Shown: positions 24,340-33,524 of the stretch, piece after piece | Numbering within the stretch: the stretch's first letter is position 1 | How the letters are laid out: the number at the start of each line of letters is the position of its first letter | Assembly (NCBI RefSeq): GCF_036507355.1 | Contig: NZ_AP027877.1 | DNA length: 64,000 bases | Reading direction: 5' to 3' (one strand) | From: Escherichia coli | GTDB lineage: Bacteria; Pseudomonadota; Gammaproteobacteria; Enterobacterales; Enterobacteriaceae | Made by a program: the position numbers and the translations under genes | The notes under the pieces: generated by a model | Databases searched by the model: none | The model's input: the letters and a program-made list of their open reading frames with translations, nothing else | Told to the model about the DNA's origin: nothing

Positions 24340-24567
24340 ATGACCACGTACTACTCACGACACCCCTGCCTGAACCTTAAGGGCGACTGGCTGAAAGAGG
24401 CCGGATTTGATACCGGGCGGGGTGTCACGGTGAAGATTTCGGAGGGGTGCCTGACCATTATCGCTGACAGTGACGAGGTGCAGGAGCTGCGGGAGGAACT
24501 TTATCAGGTTAAACAGGTGGTTAAGGGGATACGGAGCGGGATGTTTAGTGTGCTGGACGAGAGTTAA
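24340..24567 (+). CDS. SymE-like small protein (SymE/AbrB-fold type I toxin family); possibly N-terminally truncated
   Basis: 75-aa ORF MTTYYSRHPCLNLKGDWLKEAGFDTGRGVTVKISEGCLTIIADSDEVQELREELYQ... resembles the SymE core (..[33 protein letters not shown]..). The in-frame upstream sequence still looks SymE-like but has no start codon before the stop at 24244. Confidence 0.6.
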   Translation: MTTYYSRHPCLNLKGDWLKEAGFDTGRGVTVKISEGCLTIIADSDEVQELREELYQVKQVVKGIRSGMFSVLDES

Positions 24568-24572
24568 ATAAT

Positions 24573-24612
24573 AAAAAAGCCGGGAAGATGTTATTTTCTT
24601 CCCGGCTTTTTT
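24573..24612. terminator. Bidirectional rho-independent terminator shared by the SymE-like gene (+) and the Rhs immunity gene (-)
   Basis: gccgggaag-(10 nt loop)-cttcccggc stem flanked by an A run on one side and a T run on the other. Confidence 0.75.
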
Positions 24613-24904
24613 AAAGTTTATTTATAGCTTGGTTAATTTCAAATAATAATGAGACAATATCTTTCGCAGAACCATTATAAATGGGGGTATCCCAATCAAA
24701 GTCCTTTATTAAACAAATATAAAAATTCCCATTTAAATTAAAAGATGGTCGCCACCCAACATCCAAAAGATACCCACCAGGATATTCAACTTGGAGCATA
24801 TCTTCCTTAAGTTCATCTCGCTGTTCATTAAGAGGGATGCTTTGTTTCAGGGAGAAGTCATTAAAAATTACATTCCCTTTTTTTCCTAAGAAATCAATGT
24901 TCAT
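24611..24904 (-). CDS. Putative Rhs immunity protein (cognate to the toxin tip immediately upstream)
   Basis: 97-aa AT-rich ORF MNIDFLGKKGNVIFNDFSLKQSIPLNEQRDELKEDMLQVEYPGGYLLDVGW...; its ATG overlaps the toxin stop (ATGA at 24901-24904). Position and composition are typical of rhsI genes; no family assignment was possible. Confidence 0.6.
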   Translation of the reverse strand: MNIDFLGKKGNVIFNDFSLKQSIPLNEQRDELKEDMLQVEYPGGYLLDVGWRPSFNLNGNFYICLIKDFDWDTPIYNGSAKDIVSLLFEINQAINKL

Positions 24905-26151
24905 GGTGTTGTTAGCCTTCGGAATTCATCAAGTGATATGGGATGTCCATGTATTGTCCCACCGCTAAGTTCAACTCGAACCCATTGAGATTCTTTACCC
25001 TCACTGGCCCCAATAACTTTCCCCATATCTTTTACTTTCCATGGTTTACCGTTGGTAACAGGTGTGCCTGTATTAAAAACATCGTATTCCAGCGTTTTAA
25101 TATCAATATCGGGAGAATATTTTGCCGGGCCTGATTTTGTTGATTTAATTATATCCTTCCATGATTTGTTTTTTGGAGGAAAATGTTTGTATCCATGATT
25201 TGTCCATTCAGGTTGCCCACACTTTAAACCTAACGGGTCGATCCACCCCAACGGATTCGGCGCGTATTGGTATAAATTTAATCCACCAAGCAGCCCTATC
25301 GGATCCGTTACCATGAACCGCCCGACATCCGGATCATAGTACCTGTGCAGATTGTAGTGCAGCCCCGTTTCCCTGTCGAGGTACTGTCCCTGGTAGCGCA
25401 GGTTCTGCTCCACCCTGCCGTGGTCCTTCTCCTGTATCGTGTTACCCCAGACCTGATACCCCGTCTCCCACACGATTCTCCCGTCGCTGTCCGTCATCTC
25501 TTCCGGCGCACCGTTCACATCCGTGTGAAAATACAGTATCCGGTTCGGGCCCTCTTTGCCTGCCTTATCCACCCGCGCCAGCGGTTCATAACTCCCCGGG
25601 TCCCTGTAGATGTACAGGCTGCCTGTTCCCTCCGGCCTGCTCTCCTGCGCCAGCCGCATTCCGTCCCATAAAAATTTTGTCCGGTTGTACGGTTTACCGT
25701 CAGGGCTGATGTGCTGTTTTTCCGTCCGCCTCCCCAGTGCATCGTACACATACCGGTATGCCCCCCGCGCTGTCGTCACTTCCACCATCCGGTGTTCCGC
25801 ATCATAACGGTAACTCTGCGTTCCGCTCCGGCCCTCCTTTTCCACCGCACGGCCAAATTCGTCATAACGGTAGTGCACACCACGGTAAGACATCAGCCGG
25901 TTGAACGGCACCACGCTGTTTTCTGCCGTGGCCCTTTCCCCCGCGCGCCTCCCCAGCAGGTTTCCCGCCGCGTCGTACTGCCAGCTCGCCAGATACCCCT
26001 CATCCTCCGAACGGCACGCCGTGATGCGCCCCGTGGGGTCGTAGAAGTAATCCGTTTCCCCCCGCCGGCTGTGCCGCGTCTTCAGCAGTTCATCCTCGCC
26101 ACTGTAGCTGTACTGCCGGTCCGTGAACGTCTCCGGTACCACCCCGCGCAT
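24901..26151 (-). CDS. Rhs protein, C-terminal part: end of YD-repeat core, PxxxxDPxGL motif and a 107-aa toxin tip. Same frame as the upstream fragment, separated from it by an in-frame TAG
   Basis: ORF contains YD repeats (YRYDEFGR, YRYDAEHR, YVYDALGRR) and the hallmark YYDPDVGRFMVTDPIGLLGGLNLYQYAPNPLGWIDPLGL, followed by a low-GC tip KCGQPEWTNHGYKHF...TIHGHPISLDEFRRLTTP. Frame arithmetic: the TAG at 26221-26223 is in frame with this ORF. Confidence 0.85.
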   Translation of the reverse strand: MRGVVPETFTDRQYSYSGEDELLKTRHSRRGETDYFYDPTGRITACRSEDEGYLASWQYDAAGNLLGRRAGERATAENSVVPFNRLMSYRGVHYRYDEFGRAVEKEGRSGTQSYRYDAEHRMVEVTTARGAYRYVYDALGRRTEKQHISPDGKPYNRTKFLWDGMRLAQESRPEGTGSLYIYRDPGSYEPLARVDKAGKEGPNRILYFHTDVNGAPEEMTDSDGRIVWETGYQVWGNTIQEKDHGRVEQNLRYQGQYLDRETGLHYNLHRYYDPDVGRFMVTDPIGLLGGLNLYQYAPNPLGWIDPLGLKCGQPEWTNHGYKHFPPKNKSWKDIIKSTKSGPAKYSPDIDIKTLEYDVFNTGTPVTNGKPWKVKDMGKVIGASEGKESQWVRVELSGGTIHGHPISLDEFRRLTTP

Positions 26152-26220
26152 CCCGCTGTATGTCTCCCTGCGCTTCAGCCGCCCGCCGGGGTCGTAAAGC
26201 TGCCGCGTGCTCAGTCGCCC

Positions 26221-28380
26221 CTAGCTTCTGAGCACCTCACGGTGCAGGTGGTCGCGCGTGAACTCGCTGATGACCTCCCGGTCCAGATTTATCTGCTGGA
26301 GATGGCCGCTGCCGTAGTACAGATGGCGCTGCGTTCTGCCGTCCGGAAAGGTGGTGGCAGTCCGGTTGCCCAGTTCATCGTACTGGTGGGTCAGGATGCC
26401 CTGCGCCGTCTCCTCGCTCAGCATCCGCCCCAGTCTGTCGTAGCTGAAGCAGATAACTTCCGGCGCGTCAGTTTCGTGCCGCTGGCGGCGGATTTCACCG
26501 CCCCGGTCCCCGGTGAACACCACTTCCGTGACCGCGTTCAGCGCGTTGTAGCGGTACGACTGGCGGCAGCCGTCCGGATTTATCTGCTCCGCCAGACGGT
26601 CCAGCACGTCATGGCGGAACCGGTAGCGTTCTCCGTTCTCGTTCGTGAGCGTGACCAGACGCCCGTAAGCGTCGTACCCGAACGCCGTCCTGCGCCCCAT
26701 CGCGTCCGTCCGGCTGCGCACCCGGCCCTGCCCGTCCCGCTGCCAGCGCGTTATCCTCCCCATCGGGCTGGTGTACTTCACCAGACTGCCCGCCGCGTCT
26801 GACTGGTAATTCACCGTGCGGCCGTCCGCCAGTATCACCTCCGTCAGATGACCGCTGTCGTCATACCCGTAGCGCGTGCTGTGGCTCTCCGCATCCGTCA
26901 TTCTGATAAGCCGCGTGCGTTCGTCGTAGAACCACGCCGTCTGCGAGCCGGAGCAGTCCGTGTGCCGCATGAGCTGCCCGTCTTCATTCCACTGGAGGTG
27001 TTTATTCCCCCCGCGCGCATCCGTTATCTGCACCACCTGGCCGTGGTGGTCATACTGATACCGGGTGTTCTGCTGCAGCGGGTCGGTCACGGCAAGAAGG
27101 TTGCCGCGTTCATCGTACACACAGCGCCAGGTGTTTCCCGCCGCGTCCACCTCCGTTTCCGGCTGGTGCCACACCGGGTGCCACTGTGTCTGCGCCACCC
27201 GCCCCAGCGGGTCGTGCGTCTCCGTGATATGCCCCTGCCGGTCATACACATAGCGCCATTTGCCGCCCTGAGGGTCGGTCATCCCCAGCAACAGTCGTTC
27301 TTCGTCGCTCCAGCGGAATGTCGTCACCTGTCCGGCTTCGTCCTGGTACGCCGTCACCTGATTCTGCGCATCCCACTGGTGATAACGTGTGCGCCCCAGT
27401 CCGTCCGTCACGCACAGCCTGCGCTGCGCCAGGTCCCACGCCAGCCGGTACTGTTCACCGCTGTCCGTGTGGTGCCCCGTCACCCGCCATGCCGCGTCAT
27501 CCGGACCGTCATACCAGCCCCACTGGTAATAATACCCTTCGCCGCCCGGCTGGCGGTGCAGCGTCATGCAGTGGTTTTCGTCGTAAGCAAACTCACGCAG
27601 CAGGTGCCCCGTGCTGTCGTACACGCCGTTCAGGTGGCCGGCCTCGTCATAGCTGTAACGACGCAGCAGTAAAGGTGCAGTCTCAGGGAAATGCTGATAA
27701 ATCTGTGTCACCCGCCGGGGATGCGCCGCCAGTTCGTAATACAGACGGATGCACGGACGCTGCTGTTCGCCGCTGATTTCCACAATGCGGCCCCGGTCGT
27801 CGTAGTACAGATTCAGACAGTTGCTGTTACGGTCGCCCAGCATTTTCAGCCGCTGGCGCTGCGGGTGGTGCGGGTCGCCTTCAAACAACCAGTGGATACC
27901 ATCATCGCTGCTGATAAGCCAGTGCCCCTGCTCACCACGCCTTACCGCCAGCCCTTCACCGGGGCTGTAAAACCCGCCCCCCGGCAGTACGGCTTCCATA
28001 TCCAGGCGTCGCCCCATACCCGACACAAAGGTCATGCAGTTTTCGTCTGCGCCACCCGGCAATACAAATGCCACCTGACACTGGTACACCTGCTCGTTAT
28101 CACGGAGAAACTGGCTCTGTATTTCCAGCCCTTGTTCACCGTCATTAATCCCTACCCGTGTTACCTGAACTGGCGTGTAGTGAAGATCCTTTACCTGTTT
28201 CTCCAGTTTTTTCATTTGCTGTTCAATCTGGGAGGCTAATTCGTCTCCTTCCTGCATCTGGCCCCGACTGATAATGAGTGCAGCGTCGGGATCGCTGAGG
28301 CGCAGCATATTAATAGTGCTGTCCTGAATAATATTCCCGGGAAAAGTTACAACAGTTTCATTGAGATAATACTCCGTCAT
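26221..28380 (-). CDS. Rhs protein, N-terminal part: DUF1795-like N-terminal domain plus YD-repeat core, ended by an in-frame amber codon (probable pseudogene or disrupted gene)
   Basis: 719-aa ORF. Core shows classic Rhs repeats (YQYDHHGQVV, YGYDDSGHLTEV, FGYDAYGRLV) and ends ...FTRDHLHREVLRS*, where intact Rhs proteins continue ...TRDRLHRETLRSFG.... Confidence 0.85.
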   Translation of the reverse strand: MTEYYLNETVVTFPGNIIQDSTINMLRLSDPDAALIISRGQMQEGDELASQIEQQMKKLEKQVKDLHYTPVQVTRVGINDGEQGLEIQSQFLRDNEQVYQCQVAFVLPGGADENCMTFVSGMGRRLDMEAVLPGGGFYSPGEGLAVRRGEQGHWLISSDDGIHWLFEGDPHHPQRQRLKMLGDRNSNCLNLYYDDRGRIVEISGEQQRPCIRLYYELAAHPRRVTQIYQHFPETAPLLLRRYSYDEAGHLNGVYDSTGHLLREFAYDENHCMTLHRQPGGEGYYYQWGWYDGPDDAAWRVTGHHTDSGEQYRLAWDLAQRRLCVTDGLGRTRYHQWDAQNQVTAYQDEAGQVTTFRWSDEERLLLGMTDPQGGKWRYVYDRQGHITETHDPLGRVAQTQWHPVWHQPETEVDAAGNTWRCVYDERGNLLAVTDPLQQNTRYQYDHHGQVVQITDARGGNKHLQWNEDGQLMRHTDCSGSQTAWFYDERTRLIRMTDAESHSTRYGYDDSGHLTEVILADGRTVNYQSDAAGSLVKYTSPMGRITRWQRDGQGRVRSRTDAMGRRTAFGYDAYGRLVTLTNENGERYRFRHDVLDRLAEQINPDGCRQSYRYNALNAVTEVVFTGDRGGEIRRQRHETDAPEVICFSYDRLGRMLSEETAQGILTHQYDELGNRTATTFPDGRTQRHLYYGSGHLQQINLDREVISEFTRDHLHREVLRS

Positions 28381-29163
28381 AATGATATGAGTCCTTTTTA
28401 ATTAATAAATTATTTAATGATGGTTTTTGTTTATTTTTAGTCATGAAAATGATACCCATCACTGCTTTACAGCACACTTTATCTTTCCAGCCATAATCAC
28501 TAATAATATTAAGCAATTACCAATATTTACACCGACCAGAGCGGATACATAGTTATGTATTTAACAATCCCAATATATTCACTATGCAAATAAAACCACT
28601 AGTAACAGACACGCTACCGCCTCCATATAAAAATGGACACCTTATAAAATTGTATCTTGCATAGAAAAAGCTGAAATATCGGATGCGTTTTAATTATCCA
28701 CTATAAGTCTATAAGCTTTTTATTAACAACAAAACATCTTATTGGATTAGATATGTTAACAATTAATTATTCTTAATATATCAATAAAGTATATATTACT
28801 CTCTTTACTATCTGCTTTTCTTGCGGTAGCGATACTAATAGCAAAATTCGGAATTTATTTAGATGCTGGAATTAGAAAAAGGGATGGCGGCCTTCTCACC
28901 TTACCCTGAAGTCTCAGGAAAGTGTGTAAGGAAGTATGCAACCTAACTGGAGATTTCTGATGATCTAGCCGCTTAGAGCGACAATGAAGGTGACCGCATC
29001 CTGGGTAGCCCTATGAAAGGATACTATTGAAACTTGATGCTAAAACAGTGATGAAATGAATAACACGATGGAAACGTCTTCCATGTTAATTATCATGGAA
29101 GACGTTGATGTAAAATACCTAAACCAGCCCCCTGATACGAGGCTGGCTTAAGCGCGCAGGCAA

Positions 29164-29370
29164 TCAATAAAAATCACCGGTTGCCTTTTCGGCCTGATCC
29201 ATCCAAACCGGTTTATCGCTGGTTTTCGACCAGACGCGATGCAGGTAGCTGTAAAAGCGGGCGCGGTCTTTCCAGAAAAGCATGAAAGGCAGCGCCAGAA
29301 CGCCCGCTGCAACCGCATAAGTACGGCGTAAAAAGATAAGCCATGCAGGATATTCTCTGTAGAGTTCCAT
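29164..29370 (-). CDS. ybfA: DUF2517-family small protein
   Basis: 68-aa [71 protein letters not shown]. Confidence 0.85.
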
Positions 29371-29579
29371 ACTTTTCTCCCCCTTTTGTATCTACCCGGT
29401 GAATAGCACCGGAAAAATGAATTTGTTTATCTGATGAAAATAGTACCGCTTTTTGTGTAATTTTACTACTCATCCGACCACTTATTTTTGCTTATTGATG
29501 GTTTATTTACATTCACCCTGTAATTAAGTTACACAAAAGTTAAATTAATACTAAACATTAGTTAAATCATGGCTTTTGC

Positions 29580-29682
29580 CATTTTTATACTTTTTTTACA
29601 CCCCGCCCGCAGATTTTTGCGAAATCTTTGCAGCCAGAATTCTACCCTTCCGGTATCACTTTTAGGCCACTGGAGGTGCACT
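29580..29682 (+). promoter_or_regulatory. kdpFABC promoter region with T-rich KdpE-binding sequence
   Basis: atttttatactttttttacaccccgcccg at 29581-29609 matches the KdpE operator as I recall it, lying just upstream of kdpF; exact -35/-10 not assigned. Confidence 0.5.
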
Positions 29683-29772
29683 GTGAGTGCAGGCGTGATA
29701 ACCGGCGTATTGCTGGTGTTTTTATTACTGGGTTATCTGGTTTATGCCCTGATCAATGCGGAGGCGTTCTGA
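29683..29772 (+). CDS. kdpF: K+-transporting ATPase small subunit F
   Basis: In-frame within track ORF 29569..29772: (GTG)[28 protein letters not shown], a 29-aa hydrophobic peptide; stop overlaps the kdpA ATG. Start codon inferred as GTG at 29683. Confidence 0.8.
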
Positions 29773-31445
29773 TGGCTGCGCAAGGGTTCTTACTGATCGC
29801 CACGTTTTTACTGGTGTTAATGGTGCTGGCGCGTCCTTTAGGCAGCGGGCTGGCGCGGCTGATTAATGACATTCCTCTTCCAGGTACAGCGGGCGTTGAA
29901 CGCGTACTCTTTCGTTTACCTGGCGTCTCTGACCATGAGATGAACTGGAAGCAATATCTCTGTGCCATTCTCGGCCTGAACATGCTGGGGCTGGCGGTGC
30001 TTTTTTTTATGTTGCTCGGTCAGCACTATCTGCCGCTTAATCCACAGCAGTTGCCGGGGCTGTCATGGGATCTGGCGCTGAATACCGCCGTCAGCTTTGT
30101 CACGAATACCAACTGGCAATCTTATAGCGGTGAAACCACGTTGAGCTATTTCAGCCAGATGGCGGGCTTAACGGTGCAAAACTTTCTTTCTGCCGCCAGC
30201 GGGATTGCGGTGATTTTTGCCTTCATCCGTGCATTTACTCGCCAGAGCATGAGCACACTCGGGAATGCCTGGGTCGATCTGCTACGCATCACGTTATGGG
30301 TGCTAGTCCCTGTGGCGTTGTTGATCGCACTGTTTTTTATTCAACAAGGTGCGCTGCAAAACTTTCTGCCCTATCAGGCAGTGAATACCGTTGAAGGAGC
30401 GCAACAGCTGTTACCCATGGGTCCGGTGGCTTCTCAGGAAGCGATCAAGATGCTCGGTACTAACGGCGGTGGCTTCTTTAATGCCAACTCGTCGCATCCG
30501 TTTGAAAACCCAACCGCACTGACCAACTTCGTGCAGATGCTGGCGATCTTCTTGATCCCAACAGCGCTGTGCTTTGCCTTTGGTGAAGTGACGGGCGATC
30601 GCCGCCAGGGGCGCATGTTGCTGTGGGCGATGTCAGTGATTTTTGTCATCTGCGTAGGCGTGGTGATGTGGGCAGAAGTTCAGGGTAATCCTCATCTGCT
30701 GGCGCTCGGCGCAGACAGCAGCATCAATATGGAAGGTAAAGAGAGCCGTTTCGGCGTGCTGGTCAGTAGCCTGTTTGCGGTCGTGACTACGGCGGCTTCC
30801 TGTGGCGCGGTGATTGCGATGCATGATTCGTTTACCGCTCTCGGTGGCATGGTGCCGATGTGGCTGATGCAAATTGGTGAAGTGGTATTCGGCGGTGTCG
30901 GTTCTGGTCTTTACGGCGTGATGCTGTTTGTCCTGCTGGCGGTGTTTATTGCCGGGCTGATGATTGGTCGTACACCGGAATATCTGGGTAAAAAAATCGA
31001 CGTACGTGAGATGAAATTGACTGCACTGGCGATTCTGGTTACTCCAACACTGGTGCTGATGGGCGCGGCGCTGGCGATGATGACCGACGCCGGACGTAGC
31101 GCCATGCTCAACCCTGGCCCGCATGGTTTTAGCGAAGTGCTGTACGCCGTGTCATCCGCCGCTAACAACAACGGCAGCGCCTTTGCCGGATTAAGCGCCA
31201 ACTCTCCGTTCTGGAACTGTTTACTGGCGTTCTGCATGTTTGTCGGTCGCTTCGGGGTGATTATCCCGGTGATGGCAATTGCCGGTTCGCTGGTGAGTAA
31301 AAAGAGCCAACCCGCCAGCTCCGGCACGCTGCCAACGCACGGCCCGCTGTTTGTTGGCCTGTTAATCGGCACCGTGTTGCTGGTTGGCGCACTGACCTTT
31401 ATCCCTGCCCTGGCGCTTGGTCCGGTGGCGGAATATCTCTCCTGA
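29772..31445 (+). CDS. kdpA: K+-transporting ATPase subunit A
   Basis: Start placed at [33 protein letters not shown]... (557 aa) inside track ORF 29628..31445. Confidence 0.95.
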   Translation: MAAQGFLLIATFLLVLMVLARPLGSGLARLINDIPLPGTAGVERVLFRLPGVSDHEMNWKQYLCAILGLNMLGLAVLFFMLLGQHYLPLNPQQLPGLSWDLALNTAVSFVTNTNWQSYSGETTLSYFSQMAGLTVQNFLSAASGIAVIFAFIRAFTRQSMSTLGNAWVDLLRITLWVLVPVALLIALFFIQQGALQNFLPYQAVNTVEGAQQLLPMGPVASQEAIKMLGTNGGGFFNANSSHPFENPTALTNFVQMLAIFLIPTALCFAFGEVTGDRRQGRMLLWAMSVIFVICVGVVMWAEVQGNPHLLALGADSSINMEGKESRFGVLVSSLFAVVTTAASCGAVIAMHDSFTALGGMVPMWLMQIGEVVFGGVGSGLYGVMLFVLLAVFIAGLMIGRTPEYLGKKIDVREMKLTALAILVTPTLVLMGAALAMMTDAGRSAMLNPGPHGFSEVLYAVSSAANNNGSAFAGLSANSPFWNCLLAFCMFVGRFGVIIPVMAIAGSLVSKKSQPASSGTLPTHGPLFVGLLIGTVLLVGALTFIPALALGPVAEYLS

Positions 31446-31467
31446 TGATATTGAGTGAGCACTGAAT

Positions 31468-33516
31468 ATGAGTCGTAAACAACTGGCGCTATTCGAACCA
31501 ACACTTGTCGTTCAGGCGCTGAAAGAAGCGGTGAAAAAATTAAACCCGCAGGCGCAATGGCGCAATCCGGTGATGTTTATCGTCTGGATCGGCAGTCTGC
31601 TGACCACCTGTATTAGCATCGCGATGGCAAGCGGTACGATGCCTGGCAATGCGCTGTTTAGTGCGGCAATTAGCGGTTGGCTGTGGATCACCGTACTGTT
31701 CGCTAATTTCGCCGAGGCGCTGGCAGAAGGCCGCAGTAAAGCGCAGGCCAACAGTCTGAAAGGGGTGAAAAAAACTGCCTTTGCCCGCAAGCTGCGTGAG
31801 CCGAAATATGGCGCTGTGGCAGACAAAGTTCCTGCCGATCAACTGCGTAAAGGCGATATCGTACTGGTAGAAGCTGGCGATATTATCCCCTGCGATGGTG
31901 AAGTTATTGAAGGGGGTGCATCGGTGGATGAAAGCGCCATCACCGGGGAATCGGCACCGGTGATCCGTGAATCCGGCGGCGATTTTGCCTCCGTCACTGG
32001 CGGCACGCGTATTCTTTCTGACTGGCTGGTGATTGAGTGTAGCGTTAACCCCGGCGAGACATTTCTGGATCGGATGATCGCGATGGTGGAAGGCGCACAG
32101 CGACGTAAAACGCCGAACGAGATTGCCCTGACTATTCTGCTGATTGCCCTGACTATCGTCTTTTTACTGGCAACCGCCACGCTGTGGCCGTTTTCCGCGT
32201 GGGGCGGTAATGCAGTCAGTGTAACGGTACTGGTGGCGCTGCTGGTCTGTCTGATCCCAACCACTATTGGCGGCCTGTTGTCAGCGATCGGCGTCGCCGG
32301 GATGAGTCGGATGCTGGGCGCGAATGTGATTGCCACCAGCGGACGTGCAGTTGAAGCGGCAGGTGACGTTGACGTTCTGCTACTGGATAAAACCGGCACC
32401 ATCACACTCGGTAACCGTCAGGCATCGGAGTTTATCCCCGCGCAGGGCGTGGATGAAAAAACGCTGGCTGACGCCGCACAACTGGCTTCGCTGGCTGATG
32501 AAACGCCGGAAGGCCGCAGTATTGTGATCCTCGCCAAGCAACGTTTTAACCTGCGCGAGCGCGATGTGCAGTCGCTCCATGCCACCTTTGTACCGTTTAC
32601 TGCGCAAAGCCGGATGAGCGGGATAAACATCGACAACCGCTTGATCCGTAAAGGTTCTGTCGATGCCATTCGCCGCCATGTTGAGGCTAACGGTGGTCAC
32701 TTCCCTGCCGATGTTGATCAAAAAGTCGATCAGGTTGCGCGTCAGGGAGCCACGCCGCTGGTGGTGGTGGAAGGTTCTCGTGTGCTGGGCGTTATTGCGC
32801 TGAAAGATATCGTCAAAGGCGGTATTAAAGAGCGCTTCGCCCAGCTGCGTAAAATGGGCATTAAAACGGTGATGATTACCGGCGATAACCGTCTGACTGC
32901 CGCCGCGATTGCTGCGGAAGCGGGTGTCGATGATTTTCTCGCCGAAGCGACACCGGAGGCCAAGCTGGCATTGATCCGTCAGTATCAGGCGGAAGGCCGT
33001 TTGGTGGCGATGACCGGCGACGGCACCAACGATGCTCCGGCGCTGGCGCAGGCAGATGTCGCGGTGGCGATGAACTCCGGTACTCAGGCGGCGAAAGAAG
33101 CGGGCAATATGGTGGATCTCGACTCTAACCCGACCAAGTTGATCGAGGTGGTGCACATTGGCAAACAGATGCTGATGACCCGTGGCTCGCTAACCACCTT
33201 CAGCATTGCCAACGATGTGGCGAAATACTTCGCCATTATTCCGGCGGCATTCGCGGCAACGTATCCACAGTTAAATGCGCTGAACATCATGCGCCTGCAT
33301 TCGCCCGACTCAGCCATTCTCAGTGCGGTCATTTTCAACGCCTTGATTATCGTCTTTTTGATTCCCCTGGCGTTAAAAGGCGTGAGTTATAAACCGCTTA
33401 CCGCTTCTGCCATGTTGCGCCGTAACTTATGGATTTACGGTCTGGGTGGGCTGCTGGTGCCGTTTATTGGTATCAAAGTCATTGATTTACTGCTGACCGT
33501 TTGCGGTCTGGTGTGA
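31468..33516 (+). CDS. kdpB: K+-transporting P-type ATPase subunit B
   Basis: 682-aa ORF with P-type ATPase motifs ([23 protein letters not shown]). Confidence 0.97.
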   Translation: MSRKQLALFEPTLVVQALKEAVKKLNPQAQWRNPVMFIVWIGSLLTTCISIAMASGTMPGNALFSAAISGWLWITVLFANFAEALAEGRSKAQANSLKGVKKTAFARKLREPKYGAVADKVPADQLRKGDIVLVEAGDIIPCDGEVIEGGASVDESAITGESAPVIRESGGDFASVTGGTRILSDWLVIECSVNPGETFLDRMIAMVEGAQRRKTPNEIALTILLIALTIVFLLATATLWPFSAWGGNAVSVTVLVALLVCLIPTTIGGLLSAIGVAGMSRMLGANVIATSGRAVEAAGDVDVLLLDKTGTITLGNRQASEFIPAQGVDEKTLADAAQLASLADETPEGRSIVILAKQRFNLRERDVQSLHATFVPFTAQSRMSGINIDNRLIRKGSVDAIRRHVEANGGHFPADVDQKVDQVARQGATPLVVVEGSRVLGVIALKDIVKGGIKERFAQLRKMGIKTVMITGDNRLTAAAIAAEAGVDDFLAEATPEAKLALIRQYQAEGRLVAMTGDGTNDAPALAQADVAVAMNSGTQAAKEAGNMVDLDSNPTKLIEVVHIGKQMLMTRGSLTTFSIANDVAKYFAIIPAAFAATYPQLNALNIMRLHSPDSAILSAVIFNALIIVFLIPLALKGVSYKPLTASAMLRRNLWIYGLGGLLVPFIGIKVIDLLLTVCGLV

Positions 33517-33524
33517 GGTTTACC

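Noticed and set aside
28381-29163. IS element, H-repeat or transposase remnant flanking the Rhs gene
   Set aside because: No transposase-like ORF or terminal inverted repeats recognisable; only AT-rich sequence without ORFs and isolated hairpins.
29569-29772. 67-aa ORF extending kdpF upstream
   Set aside because: The upstream extension runs through the kdp promoter and KdpE site; the hydrophobic 29-residue kdpF from the in-frame GTG at 29683 fits the known gene.
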